Of a stretch of DNA of 64,000 nt, positions 17,321 through 26,273 are shown piece by piece. Location: the NCBI GenBank assembly GCA_033551855.1, contig JAWSUI010000017.1, forward strand, positions 1 through 64,000, given 5' to 3'. The position numbers were made by a program, and so were the translations under genes. A model generated the notes under the pieces. The model worked only from the letters and a program-made list of their open reading frames with translations. It searched no databases and was not told where the DNA came from. The stretch is from Deferrisomatales bacterium. Its GTDB lineage: Bacteria > Desulfobacterota > Deferrisomatia > Deferrisomatales > JACRMM01. The first letter of the stretch is position 1. Each line of letters begins with the position of its first letter.

Positions 17321-18835
17321 TCACTCCACCGCTCCGTGCAAAAACCACCGGCGGCGGGGGCGGTCGTAGTAGATCCAGAAGAGCTCTCCGTTGCGCATCC
17401 GGGCGAAGTGGTACTCCCGGTGGACCGGGCGGCGCCATCAGCCGCCGCTCACCACGTAGGGGCCGATCTTCTCGTCCACCGGGCCGCACTCCTCGCCCCG
17501 CAGGAGCCAGCCGTCCGGGTCGTGGCGGCCCAGCGGCGGCAGGGGAACCGGCCGGGCCCAGAGGCGGCGCACCAGGGGGCGCACCGGCGTATCCCGTGAC
17601 TCCTTCTCGGGCTCGGGGCGGGGCATCCTCTCCAGGGGCTCCCACCGGAAGCGGGCCTCGGGCAGATGCCCCTCGCAGAGCCGGGCCCGCACCACGGCGG
17701 CCTCCCCCAGCTCGGCCCGGAGCCGGGCCAGGGCCCGGTCGGCCGCTTCGGGGTCCCGCCGGGGTGCCTGGCGGAAGAGGTCGAGTTGGGCGGCGGTGGC
17801 GGGGGCCGGCTCGGCGGCCAGGATGACCCCCAGGACGCCCGCCCCGAGGCCCGCCGCCTCCAGGCGCAGGTGTGCCAGGTTCAGGAGCTGGCGGCCGTCC
17901 AAGGTCGGTGCGGCGGGGCGGAGCCTTTCCACCCGCTCCTCGGTGCGCCCGCCGGGGCCGTCCAGGGCGAGCCGGAGATCGAGGGCCGCGAGGGCCTCGG
18001 CTCGACCGGCGAGGTCTTCCAGGAGCAGGTCCAGGAGGCGCTTGACGAGGAAGAGGAGCCGGTAGACGTCGGCTTCGGGCTCGTCGAGGTCGAGGCGGCG
18101 GAGCAGCGGTTCCGTTGCCGAGACAGGCTCCAGGGGCGCCCAGGCGCGCCCCGACGCGAGGCGGTGGAGGCGGTGGGCCTCGGGCCCGAAGCGCTCGCGC
18201 ACGCCGTCGGGCGGCAGCGCCAGGAAGGCCCCCACGGTGCGCACGCCGAGGCGCTCCAGGGCATCCCGCAGGGTCGGGGGGAGGCCCAGGTCCCGCAACG
18301 CGATCTTCCGGGCGGCCGCTGTTTCCTCCGCAGGGGTGCGGAAGAGGGCGAGGCCTCCTCCCAGGCCGGCCCGGGCCGCCGCGTAGGTGCCGAAGCGGGT
18401 GAACCCCACGGCCGCGCGGCCCGAGAACCCCTGGGCTTCCAGGTCCGCCCGGAGCTCCCGGGCCCACTGCCGGGCCGAGGGCCACAGGCGCCCCAGCCCC
18501 CCGGCCCCCAGCCAGAAGATCCCGGGCTCTTCCGCCGAGGGCTCCACGTCCGGCGTGAAACGCCGCAGCCGTTCGGCCAGGAGGCCGACGCCGTCCCGGA
18601 TCTCGGCTTCCGGGACCTCCCCCGCCCGCAGCCCACCGGCGAGCGAGAGCCCCGCCGCGTAGCGCATTCCCGGGAGTACGCCGCACCGGCGGGCCGCCCC
18701 GTTGGCCCAGAGGATCACGCCCTGGGGCCGGTCCCGGTCCACGACGGCCGCGGGGTCCGAGGCCCAGCCGGGGCTTCGCTTCAGGAGGAGCTGGAGGGGG
18801 AGCGCCGGGACGTCAACGCAGGCCAGCCGGTCCAC
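17321..18835 (-). pseudogene. imuB: ImuB (Y-family polymerase-like) with premature stop at 17438-17440
   Basis: DRLACVDVPALPLQLL, ILWAN, GVLPGM; reads GPYVVSGG*WRRPVHREYHFA...WFLHGAVE* in frame through a TGA where Trp is expected. Confidence 0.8.
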
Positions 18836-19442
18836 GGCAGAGCTCCTCCCACGCCCACCCCGGGCTGCGGCGCTTGTCCTTGAGGGCGCGAAGGCGGCAG
18901 GCGAACCGGCCGCTTCCGCGATTCTCCCGCAAGGCTTCCCCTCGCAGGGACACCAGGGAGCCCAGCGAAGACTCTTCGCTCCGCTTCCGGGTGAGGAGCA
19001 CGATCGCGGTGCCGTGCCGTGCCGCGAGCCCCCCGAGGCGGGTCTGGGCCGGCAGAGGCACCCGCGCCCCGGCCCCGAGGTCCAGGGTCACCAAGCCGAA
19101 GGCCCCGGAGCGGGTCAGGTGGTCCGCGGCGCGCAGCGCCTGGCGGAGCTCCGCCGCCCGGACGACGGGCAGGGCTGCGAGGTCCACCCCCCCTTCGGCG
19201 GCGTCGGGGGGAAAGAAGGAGCTCTCGATCCCCGTGATCCAGGCGGCGGGCTCCCCCCGGCGCTGGGCGTCGAGCACCAGGGCGAAGGCGAGGGTCAGGG
19301 CGGCCGAGGGGCCCGCCGCCGAGAGCTCCACGAGCCTCCCGGCCACGGCCGGAAGCTCCCAACGGTTCTCCGAGGCGGGCTCCGCCGTGGGCAGGCGGTG
19401 TGCCGCCAGGATGTCCGTGCGCTCCAGGGCGATGCGGGTCAT
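18813..19442 (-). CDS. imuA: ImuA (RecA-like)
   Basis: GRLVELS...AAWI...FFPPD...GVDL...RSGAFGLV.LD; lies between lexA and imuB. Confidence 0.85.
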   Translation of the reverse strand: MTRIALERTDILAAHRLPTAEPASENRWELPAVAGRLVELSAAGPSAALTLAFALVLDAQRRGEPAAWITGIESSFFPPDAAEGGVDLAALPVVRAAELRQALRAADHLTRSGAFGLVTLDLGAGARVPLPAQTRLGGLAARHGTAIVLLTRKRSEESSLGSLVSLRGEALRENRGSGRFACRLRALKDKRRSPGWAWEELCRGPAGLR

Positions 19443-19465
19443 GGGTGCCCTCTCGGGGGAAAACC

Positions 19466-19657
19466 TTTTTGACGGGATAACGGGATCGACAGGATAGGAG
19501 GACAGAAAACCAAATCTTTTCGCCACCAAGACACAAAGACACGAAGGCAACTGTTGTTCGAGATTCCTTCAAATGTTGCCCTTCCTTGGTGTCTTCGTGT
19601 CTTGGTGTTTGGTTCGAATTGAATGCATCCCGTCCATCCCGTTATCCCGTCCAAAAA
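19466..19657. repeat. Nested tandem-repeat palindrome filling the lexA-imuA spacer
   Basis: Outer arms (GACGGGAT-type x3) 19466-19495 / 19627-19657; inner arms (CACNAAGA x3) 19524-19547 / 19584-19607. Confidence 0.9.
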
Positions 19658-19659
19658 TT

Positions 19660-20259
19660 TCACATCCTGCGCCGCAGCTCGATCACGACCCCCAGGATCT
19701 GGAGCTCCGCCGGGTCGGGGGTGAGGGGGGCGAAGGCCGGGTTCTCGGCGTGGAGCTCGGGACGCCCCCGCCGGAGCCGGAACCGCTTGACCGTGGCCTC
19801 GTCTCCCACCAGGGCCACCACGACCTCCCCGTCCCGAGCCGTGGGCTGGCGGCGCACGACCACCAGGTCACCGGGGAGGATGCCTGCATCCCGCATGCTC
19901 TCGCCCTTGACGCGGAGGGCGAAGAGCCCCTCGGCCTCGTCTTCGGCCTGGAACGCCAGATACCCCTCTCGATCCTCCACGGCGGTGTCCAGGGGGCCGG
20001 CGGGGACGCGCCCGAGGATGGGCACCAGGACCGGCGGACTCCCGCGCACGGGCAGCCGGTAGCCCCGGGCCACTCCCCGGTCGGCCGCGAGGCGGCCCTC
20101 GGCCACCAGGGCCTCCAGGTGCTGGTGGGCGGTCTGGACGGCCCGAAACCCCAAGGCTTCCTGCACCTCCCGCACCGTGGGGGGGCGGCCCGCCAGGAGC
20201 CGTTCCCGCACGAACGCGAAGACCTTCTGCCGGGTCTCCCCCGGCGGCGTCTTGCCCAT
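19660..20259 (-). CDS. lexA: LexA repressor
   Basis: wHTH PPTVREV; VPILGRVPAG; VKGESM; ATVKRF. Confidence 0.95.
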   Translation of the reverse strand: MGKTPPGETRQKVFAFVRERLLAGRPPTVREVQEALGFRAVQTAHQHLEALVAEGRLAADRGVARGYRLPVRGSPPVLVPILGRVPAGPLDTAVEDREGYLAFQAEDEAEGLFALRVKGESMRDAGILPGDLVVVRRQPTARDGEVVVALVGDEATVKRFRLRRGRPELHAENPAFAPLTPDPAELQILGVVIELRRRM

Positions 20260-20306
20260 GGTCTCACCTCCCCCTCGGGCGTCGGGGTGTCACGAGGGAA
20301 GCATTG

Positions 20307-20329
20307 CAGACACATGTATGGTATGTCAA
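20307..20329 (-). promoter_or_regulatory. lexA -35 box and candidate SOS box
   Basis: TTGACA on minus strand 20329-20324; imperfect palindrome CAGAC-ACAT-GTATG 20307-20320 just downstream. Confidence 0.5.
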
Positions 20330-20340
20330 GGGGACGATCC

Positions 20341-20545
20341 GGATCCACTGCCTGGGTTGTAAGCGGGGTCCGGGAGCCCCTGCGTTTCGCCCCGCCATCC
20401 GCGGCCATTCGAAGAGGCGTCCGGGCAGTCCCCGGTGCGCCGAGCCCCACTGGCTTCAGCTGGGCCGCCACAGTTCGGTCGAGGCGGCACGGGGCTCCGC
20501 TCCGGGGCTCTCGGACCCCGCCCTGGAGCTCTTGATGGTGGATTC
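20341..20545. repeat. MITE-like dispersed repeat family A, copy 1
   Basis: GGATCCAC...GTGGATTC ends; internal blocks shared with 27654-27826 and 31379-31580. Confidence 0.8.
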
Positions 20546-20583
20546 GGGACGACGAAAGCAGAAAGAGGAAGGGGAAGGCGCAG

Positions 20584-22506
20584 TCAGGAGGCCGCGCGGG
20601 AGATCCGCAGGAAGCGCGAGAGGCGGTCGATGACGATGGTCAGTGCGATGATCATGAGGAGGTAGGTGGCGGCGCGCTCGAAGCGGAACCACTCGAAGTT
20701 GAAGCTGAAGTAGAACCCCAGCCCCCCGGCCCCCACGATGCCCAAGACCACCGCCATGCGCACGTTGGACTCGAACTGGAAGAAGGCGTAGGTCATCCAG
20801 TCGCGCCAGGAGACCGGGGCGGCCACCGTGCCGAAGCAGGCCAGGCGCGAGCCGTGGAAGCACTGCTCGAACCGCCGGTAGGGGATGTTGTCCACCGTCT
20901 CGCCGAAGACCCGTACCAGGAGCCCGGCGCTGTGCAGCGCCAGGGCGAGGGTGCCGGCCAGCACGCCGGGCCCGAAGAAGGCGATGAAGAGAAACGCCCA
21001 CATGACCTCCGGCACCCCCCGGGCCACCAGGGCGACGAGGCGGGCGAGCGCCATCTGGCCAAAGCGAACCGCCCGCACCCAGGTAGGGGGCGCCTCTCCG
21101 GTGAACTGGGGCGACTCCCACATGAACGAGAGGGAGTGAGGGTAGCTGAGGAGGACGGCAGCCCCTGTGCCGAGGAGCGTGCCGGCCAGGGCCATGGCCA
21201 GGGGCACGGCGGAGGAGCGGACCACCCGCCAGACGAACCAGTGCTCGAGCTGCTCCCCCCAGGAACGCCAGGCCGCCGGGCGCCAGGCCGAGAGGGGGCC
21301 GTGCTCGGCGAAGAGGCTCACCGCCGTGCCGTCCCGGCGGCGGGCCTCGGCGGCGTCTGGGTCGCCCAGGCCGATCGCCGCCAGGTCGAGCTCCGGGCGC
21401 AGCAGCCGCTCGAAGAAGGCCAGGTTCCTCCACGCCTCCCCCGAGACCAGCTCCACCGCGGGCCTGAGGAAGTTGCGGCTCGCCTGCCCCGGGGGGGCGT
21501 TGTCGCCCCAGCCCATGAACCACACCGACCAGGCGGCCGCGGCCAGGGCCACCCCGGCGCCCACGTAGCTGCGCCCCAGTTGCCACGCCACAGACCCGCC
21601 CCGCACGGCCCGAGGGTGGTTGGGGTCGCTGCGCAGTTGGCGGCGGATGAAGTTGCTCACCAAGTCGGCGGTAAGGGTGAGGGCCAGGGTGAAGAGGAGA
21701 AGGGTGGTCACCTTGGACCAAGCCCCGAACTGGATCTGGTACCCGATGTCCGAGCCCAGCCCGCCCCCTCCCACGGCCCCGATCACCGCGGCGTTTCGGA
21801 TGGCGCACTCGGCCCGCATGAGCGTGAAGCTCTGCACGCTGCGGGCGGCCAGGGGGCCGATGCCGTAGAGGAGCGTGACGAGCCGTCCCCCCCCGGCGGT
21901 CCGCACCTGTTCGTAGGAGCGCTCGGGGACCGAATCCCAGAGCTCGCTGTACACCTTGGCCAGGATCCCGGTCATGTTCAGCGCCAGGGCGAGCGCCCCC
22001 GTGAGGGGCCCGAGGCCGATCACCGCCACCAGGATCACCGCCCACACGAAGTCGGGCACCGCCCGGAGGACGTCCTGCAGGAGGCGGCAGAGGGAGCAGA
22101 GGAGCGCGGCGGGGCTTCGCAGCGGCACCCGGGACCACCACCCCCGGTCCTCCTCCTCCCCCACGCTCACGCTCCGCGCCGAGCCCATGGCCAGCGCGAC
22201 GGCGCCGGCCACCGCGAGGACCGACCCGATCACCGCGGCCGAGACGGTCTGGAGGGTGAGGGCCCAGCAGTGGGCGAGGAACGCCGGGGAGAGGTCGGGC
22301 CGGAGGAAGCTCTGGAGCCAGGCGCCGGCGCGCCCCAGGGCGAGGCGGCGCTGGCCGGCGTCGCGAAGGGCCGTGAGGTCCCACTCCACGGCGCTGCAGA
22401 AGAGCACGGTGACCACCGCCACCGTGACCAGGATCGCCCAGTGGCCCCAGGGGCGCTTCGGGTGGAGGCCGGCGGCGCCGGCACCCGACACGGCTGCAGA
22501 GGTCAC
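20584..22506 (-). CDS. PhnE/PtxC-type ABC permease (two fused permease domains)
   Basis: Two repeats: RAVPDFVWA / RGVPEVMWA and VIGAVGGGGLG / VLGIVGAGGLG. Confidence 0.88.
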   Translation of the reverse strand: MTSAAVSGAGAAGLHPKRPWGHWAILVTVAVVTVLFCSAVEWDLTALRDAGQRRLALGRAGAWLQSFLRPDLSPAFLAHCWALTLQTVSAAVIGSVLAVAGAVALAMGSARSVSVGEEEDRGWWSRVPLRSPAALLCSLCRLLQDVLRAVPDFVWAVILVAVIGLGPLTGALALALNMTGILAKVYSELWDSVPERSYEQVRTAGGGRLVTLLYGIGPLAARSVQSFTLMRAECAIRNAAVIGAVGGGGLGSDIGYQIQFGAWSKVTTLLLFTLALTLTADLVSNFIRRQLRSDPNHPRAVRGGSVAWQLGRSYVGAGVALAAAAWSVWFMGWGDNAPPGQASRNFLRPAVELVSGEAWRNLAFFERLLRPELDLAAIGLGDPDAAEARRRDGTAVSLFAEHGPLSAWRPAAWRSWGEQLEHWFVWRVVRSSAVPLAMALAGTLLGTGAAVLLSYPHSLSFMWESPQFTGEAPPTWVRAVRFGQMALARLVALVARGVPEVMWAFLFIAFFGPGVLAGTLALALHSAGLLVRVFGETVDNIPYRRFEQCFHGSRLACFGTVAAPVSWRDWMTYAFFQFESNVRMAVVLGIVGAGGLGFYFSFNFEWFRFERAATYLLMIIALTIVIDRLSRFLRISRAAS

Positions 22507-23375
22507 GGGGCCTGGCCGGGCAGGGCCAGCTCGTCCAGGTGGAGCGCCCGGTACTCGGCCCCGTAGAGCTCTGCCAGGAGCTCCTGGCGGATCTCCTCCG
22601 GCGCCCCCTGCCAGAAGAGCCGGCCGTCCTTGAGGGCGAGCACCCGCTGAAAGTGGCCCTGGAGGAGTTCCAGGGTGTGGAGGTTGACCAGGAGGGTGGT
22701 GCCCTGGGCGGCGGCGATGCTCGAGAGGAGCTGGATGATCTCGCGGCCCAGGCGGATGTCGAGCTGGCTCACCGGCTCGTCGGCCAGCATGGCCCGGGGC
22801 TCCTGCACCAGGAGCCGGGCGATGGCCGCCCGCTGCTGCTGGCCCCCCGAGAGCTCGCCCGGCATGGCCCAGAGCTTGTCCGAGAGCTCCACCCGGGCCA
22901 GGGCGGCCCGGGCCCGGTCCAGCTCCTGGGGCCAGAGGAGCGAGAGCAGCGAGCGCAGGAGCGGCCAGTGGCCCGTGCGGCCCAGGAGCACGTTGTGGAC
23001 CACCCGAAGCTGAGGGATGAGGTTGTCGGTCTGGTAGAGCATCCCGATGTCGCGGCGCAGACGCCCGAGGGCCCGGCCCCGGAGCGCCGCGGTGTCGCGC
23101 CCGAAGACCTCCACCCGGCCCCGGCTGGGATTGAGCACGCCGGCGAGGAGACGAAACAGGGTGGTCTTCCCCGCCCCGGAGGGGCCGATGACCGCCACCC
23201 GTTCCCCCGCCTGCACGGAAAACGAGACCTCCCGCAGCACCTGGGCGGCGCCGAAGCTCTTGCCCAGGTCCTCCGCCCGGAAGACCGGCTGGGCGGCCGG
23301 GAACCGGCCCCGCGCCGCCGTCCCCTGGTCCGCCCCTCCGCCCCCGGAGGGAAGCGGCACCTCCTCGCGCCTCAC
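22503..23375 (-). CDS. PhnC-type ABC ATP-binding protein
   Basis: GPSGAGKT, LSGGQQQR, ADEPV, VNLH; start uncertain. Confidence 0.9.
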   Translation of the reverse strand: MRREEVPLPSGGGGADQGTAARGRFPAAQPVFRAEDLGKSFGAAQVLREVSFSVQAGERVAVIGPSGAGKTTLFRLLAGVLNPSRGRVEVFGRDTAALRGRALGRLRRDIGMLYQTDNLIPQLRVVHNVLLGRTGHWPLLRSLLSLLWPQELDRARAALARVELSDKLWAMPGELSGGQQQRAAIARLLVQEPRAMLADEPVSQLDIRLGREIIQLLSSIAAAQGTTLLVNLHTLELLQGHFQRVLALKDGRLFWQGAPEEIRQELLAELYGAEYRALHLDELALPGQAP

Positions 23376-24268
23376 CCGCCGATGTCCAGGCCGCTCTTCA
23401 GGAGCTCCACGTACCCCATCCACTCGCGGATGTGGGCATCGACGAAGCGCTGGGACTTGAGGTACCCGAGGGCCTGGCGGCCCTCGTCCGACTCGTGGAG
23501 GGCGAGCAGGGCGGTCCGGATCCGGCCGATGGTCTCCGGCCCCAGGGCCGCCCGGGCTGCGAAGCAGTAGTTGGTGAACGTCGGCGTGGTGTAGATGACC
23601 GGGGCGCGGGCCTTGACCTCGGGCGCGCCCCGGTCGTAGGGGGGCTGGCCGAGGGCGCCCACGTGGAACTCCCCGTTTGCGACCTTCTGGAGGACCACGT
23701 CGTGGCTGCCGCTGTACGCCACCGTGCGAAAGACCTGCTCGGGCCGCCGGCCGCTCTGCTCGGAGAAGAAGCTCCGGGGCATGAGGTGGCTCGAGGTGCT
23801 GCTCTTGCTCCCGAAGGTGAAGGTCCAGTTCTTCCCCCGGGCGAGCTCCGCCAGTTCCTTCAGGTCCCGGACCGGGGGGATGCCGGCGCCGGCGTGGGCG
23901 ATGAAGTAGCTGACAAACTCCTTGTCGATGTCGCGCGAGGCCACCACTTCGAGCTGGTCCCCCATCTGGAGGTAGGCCTGGGCGGTGGTCACGGCCCCAA
24001 ACCAGGCCAGGTGCGCCCGGCCGGTGGCCAGAGCGGTTACGGTCGCGGCGTAGTTCTCGACGTGGACGTACTCGGTGGGAATGCCGGTGCGCGCCTGGAT
24101 GTGGCGTGCGATCAGCCCGAAGAATTCCCGCATGTTGTCGGCGCTGTCGTCAGGAATTGCCGTGATGATGAGCCTCTCGGGTTCGGCTGCAGCGGAGGGG
24201 ACCGGGCAGAATGCCGGGGTGAGGGCCAGGGTCGCGGCCAAGAAGGATAGGAAGAGCGTTCTGGACAT
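23372..24268 (-). CDS. PhnD-type (phosphonate/phosphite/putative selenate) substrate-binding protein
   Basis: Signal peptide; AIPD, YAATV, LAWFG, TFGSKSSTSSHLMP, YSGSHD; RBS AAGGAGAGGA. Confidence 0.88.
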   Translation of the reverse strand: MSRTLFLSFLAATLALTPAFCPVPSAAAEPERLIITAIPDDSADNMREFFGLIARHIQARTGIPTEYVHVENYAATVTALATGRAHLAWFGAVTTAQAYLQMGDQLEVVASRDIDKEFVSYFIAHAGAGIPPVRDLKELAELARGKNWTFTFGSKSSTSSHLMPRSFFSEQSGRRPEQVFRTVAYSGSHDVVLQKVANGEFHVGALGQPPYDRGAPEVKARAPVIYTTPTFTNYCFAARAALGPETIGRIRTALLALHESDEGRQALGYLKSQRFVDAHIREWMGYVELLKSGLDIGG

Positions 24269-24531
24269 GATCCTCTCCTTGGGGGGCAGGTGTGCCGGGC
24301 TGGACCGGCCGGTGTTCCACACCATAGCCGGAGACCCTGGACCAAATACAATCGGCAATCCTGATTCGGGAGGAAGGGAAGATCGGTCTGCCCGATTTGC
24401 GGAACCTCTCGGCCGGAGGGGAGCGGCGCATCAACGGGCCGCGACGCCGCCGGTGCGGTCGGTGGTGGCGGGCTTCGGCGGACGGGGGATGAAGGAGAGG
24501 AAGAGGGGACCGGAGAAACTCCCGGTCCCGG

Positions 24532-25044
24532 TCATGCCCCGGGGGAGAAGGACGGGTGCACCACCCGGTCGCCCGGAACGATGCCCAGCTTCCGACAGGT
24601 CCCCCCGAGGAGCTCCAGCACCCCCTTGACCGGGACGCCGGACGAGATGGTGCGCAGGGAGAGGGGCTCGGTGTTCTCGGCGATCCGCACGACGGTGCCG
24701 TCGGCGGCGAGGAAGAGCATGTCCAGGGGGATCAGGGTGTTCTTCATCCACATGGACACCGGCCGCTCTTCGTCGTGGAGGAAGAGCATGCCCGCGTCCG
24801 GGGCGAGCTCGGGGCGGAACATGAGCCCCCGCTGCTGCTCGGCCGGGGTGCGGGCGACCTCCACCGAGAAACGGTAGCTTCCGCCGCCGGTCTGGATCCG
24901 GATCTCGTCGCGGGGGAAGGGAACGGCGCCTGTCTCCCCGGCGGCACAAGGCTCCGTCCGGCCCAGCAGGGCCGCGGCGAGGAGGAGGAACAAGAGGCCC
25001 GCGAGGAGGGGGCGGTCGGGACAGCGAGGGTTGGGGGCCGGCAT
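24532..25044 (-). CDS. DUF192 protein
   Basis: VEVARTP...RGLMFR...GMLF...MWMKNTLIPLDMLF. Confidence 0.92.
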   Translation of the reverse strand: MPAPNPRCPDRPLLAGLLFLLLAAALLGRTEPCAAGETGAVPFPRDEIRIQTGGGSYRFSVEVARTPAEQQRGLMFRPELAPDAGMLFLHDEERPVSMWMKNTLIPLDMLFLAADGTVVRIAENTEPLSLRTISSGVPVKGVLELLGGTCRKLGIVPGDRVVHPSFSPGA

Positions 25045-25249
25045 GGATGTGCTCTTTCCGGAAGGGGTCGGGCGGGCCCTGCTTCTCATGACCCGGCCCA
25101 GCTCCGAAGCCGGGGCTTGTGGACGCCGCCACGATACCACACAGACCGGCGCTTCCCCAGTTCGGGTTCGCGATTCGCCGCCTCGGCCGTGGCGAGGCCG
25201 CGGAGCGGCCCATCCGGAAACTCAGTGGGTCAATCAAGGGCAAGAACGA

Positions 25250-25321
25250 TCTCGCGCGGAGCCGCGGGGGCGCGGAGAAATTCCTTGTCGTTTCCGGCGC
25301 CTCTGCGGCTCTGGTGCGAGA
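25250..25321. repeat. Degenerate tandem-repeat hairpin
   Basis: TCTCGCGCGGAGCCGCGGGGGCGC...GCGCCTCTGCGGCTCTGGTGCGAGA. Confidence 0.55.
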
Positions 25322-25472
25322 ACTCGATGGTTCCTCGCGCCCACAGAAAATCCGGAAGCTCCCGCGGAGCTTGCCGTAGTGCGCCGGCGGCAAGGTTTGA
25401 CGCCCCGGACCCCGCGCTGCTACAAGGGCCTCCGGGAGGATGCCGAGCCGCGGAGGCGCCGGCGCCGGGGAG

Positions 25473-26195
25473 ATGAGGATGACGAGGACAACACTCGGGT
25501 TGGCGGCGCTTCTTGTCGCTGCCTTCCTCGTGCCGGCGGCAGCCGGGGCGGAGACGCGCTACATCACGGACGTGCTGCTCGTGAACCTCCGGGCGCGGCC
25601 CCAGGCCGGGGCGGAGACCATCCGGCTACTTCGCAGCGGTGAGGTCCTGGAGGTGATGGGTTCGGAGGCGGGGTTCCTCCGGGTCCGCACCGAACAGGGG
25701 GAGGAAGGGTGGGTGGCCGAGCAGTATGCGGTCACCGACGTGCCGAAGGAGTGGGTGGTTGCCGAGCTTCGGGAGGAGGTGGAGAGGCTGAGGGCCCGCG
25801 TCCTGACCCTGGAAGGTGCCCGGGACGAGGCGACGGCGGAGCTGGAGGCGGCGAGGAAAGCCCATGCGTCCTCGGCAACGGCCCTCCAGCAGGAGCTCTC
25901 GGAGCTCCGGGAGCAGGCGGAGGGGGCTTCTCGAGAGCTCCGGGAGGTGCGCCGGGAATACGAGAGCCTGCTGCAGGCATCGGGCCAGGTGGGGGAGGTG
26001 GTCGGGGAGCGGGACCGGCTGCGGGCCGAGAACCGGGAGCTCACCGAGGCCCTCGCCAGGCGGGAGGCGCAGGCCAGATCCCTCGGGCAAACCCGGGCCT
26101 TGCGCTGGTTCCTGGCCGGCGCCGGTGTGCTCCTCGTGGGCTGGGTGCTGGGAGCCCTTACCCGGAAGAAGAAGGCGCGCTTCTCCGTGGGGTGA
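25473..26195 (+). CDS. SH3-domain membrane-anchored protein (YgiM-like)
   Basis: Signal peptide, ETRYITD..LR..P SH3b, coiled coil, C-terminal WFLAGAGVLLVG TM. Confidence 0.88.
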   Translation: MRMTRTTLGLAALLVAAFLVPAAAGAETRYITDVLLVNLRARPQAGAETIRLLRSGEVLEVMGSEAGFLRVRTEQGEEGWVAEQYAVTDVPKEWVVAELREEVERLRARVLTLEGARDEATAELEAARKAHASSATALQQELSELREQAEGASRELREVRREYESLLQASGQVGEVVGERDRLRAENRELTEALARREAQARSLGQTRALRWFLAGAGVLLVGWVLGALTRKKKARFSVG

Positions 26196-26273
26196 CGGTC
26201 GGCCGCGCGCGGTGGAAGAGATCAGGAGAGGGCCGGCGGCGCCGGCCCGCTGTGCGTGCGGGAAGCGGAGGGC

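Noticed and set aside
17438..17440. Selenocysteine or genetic-code reassignment of TGA in imuB
   Set aside because: The position corresponds to Trp, not Cys, and TGA is the normal stop for many genes in this window.
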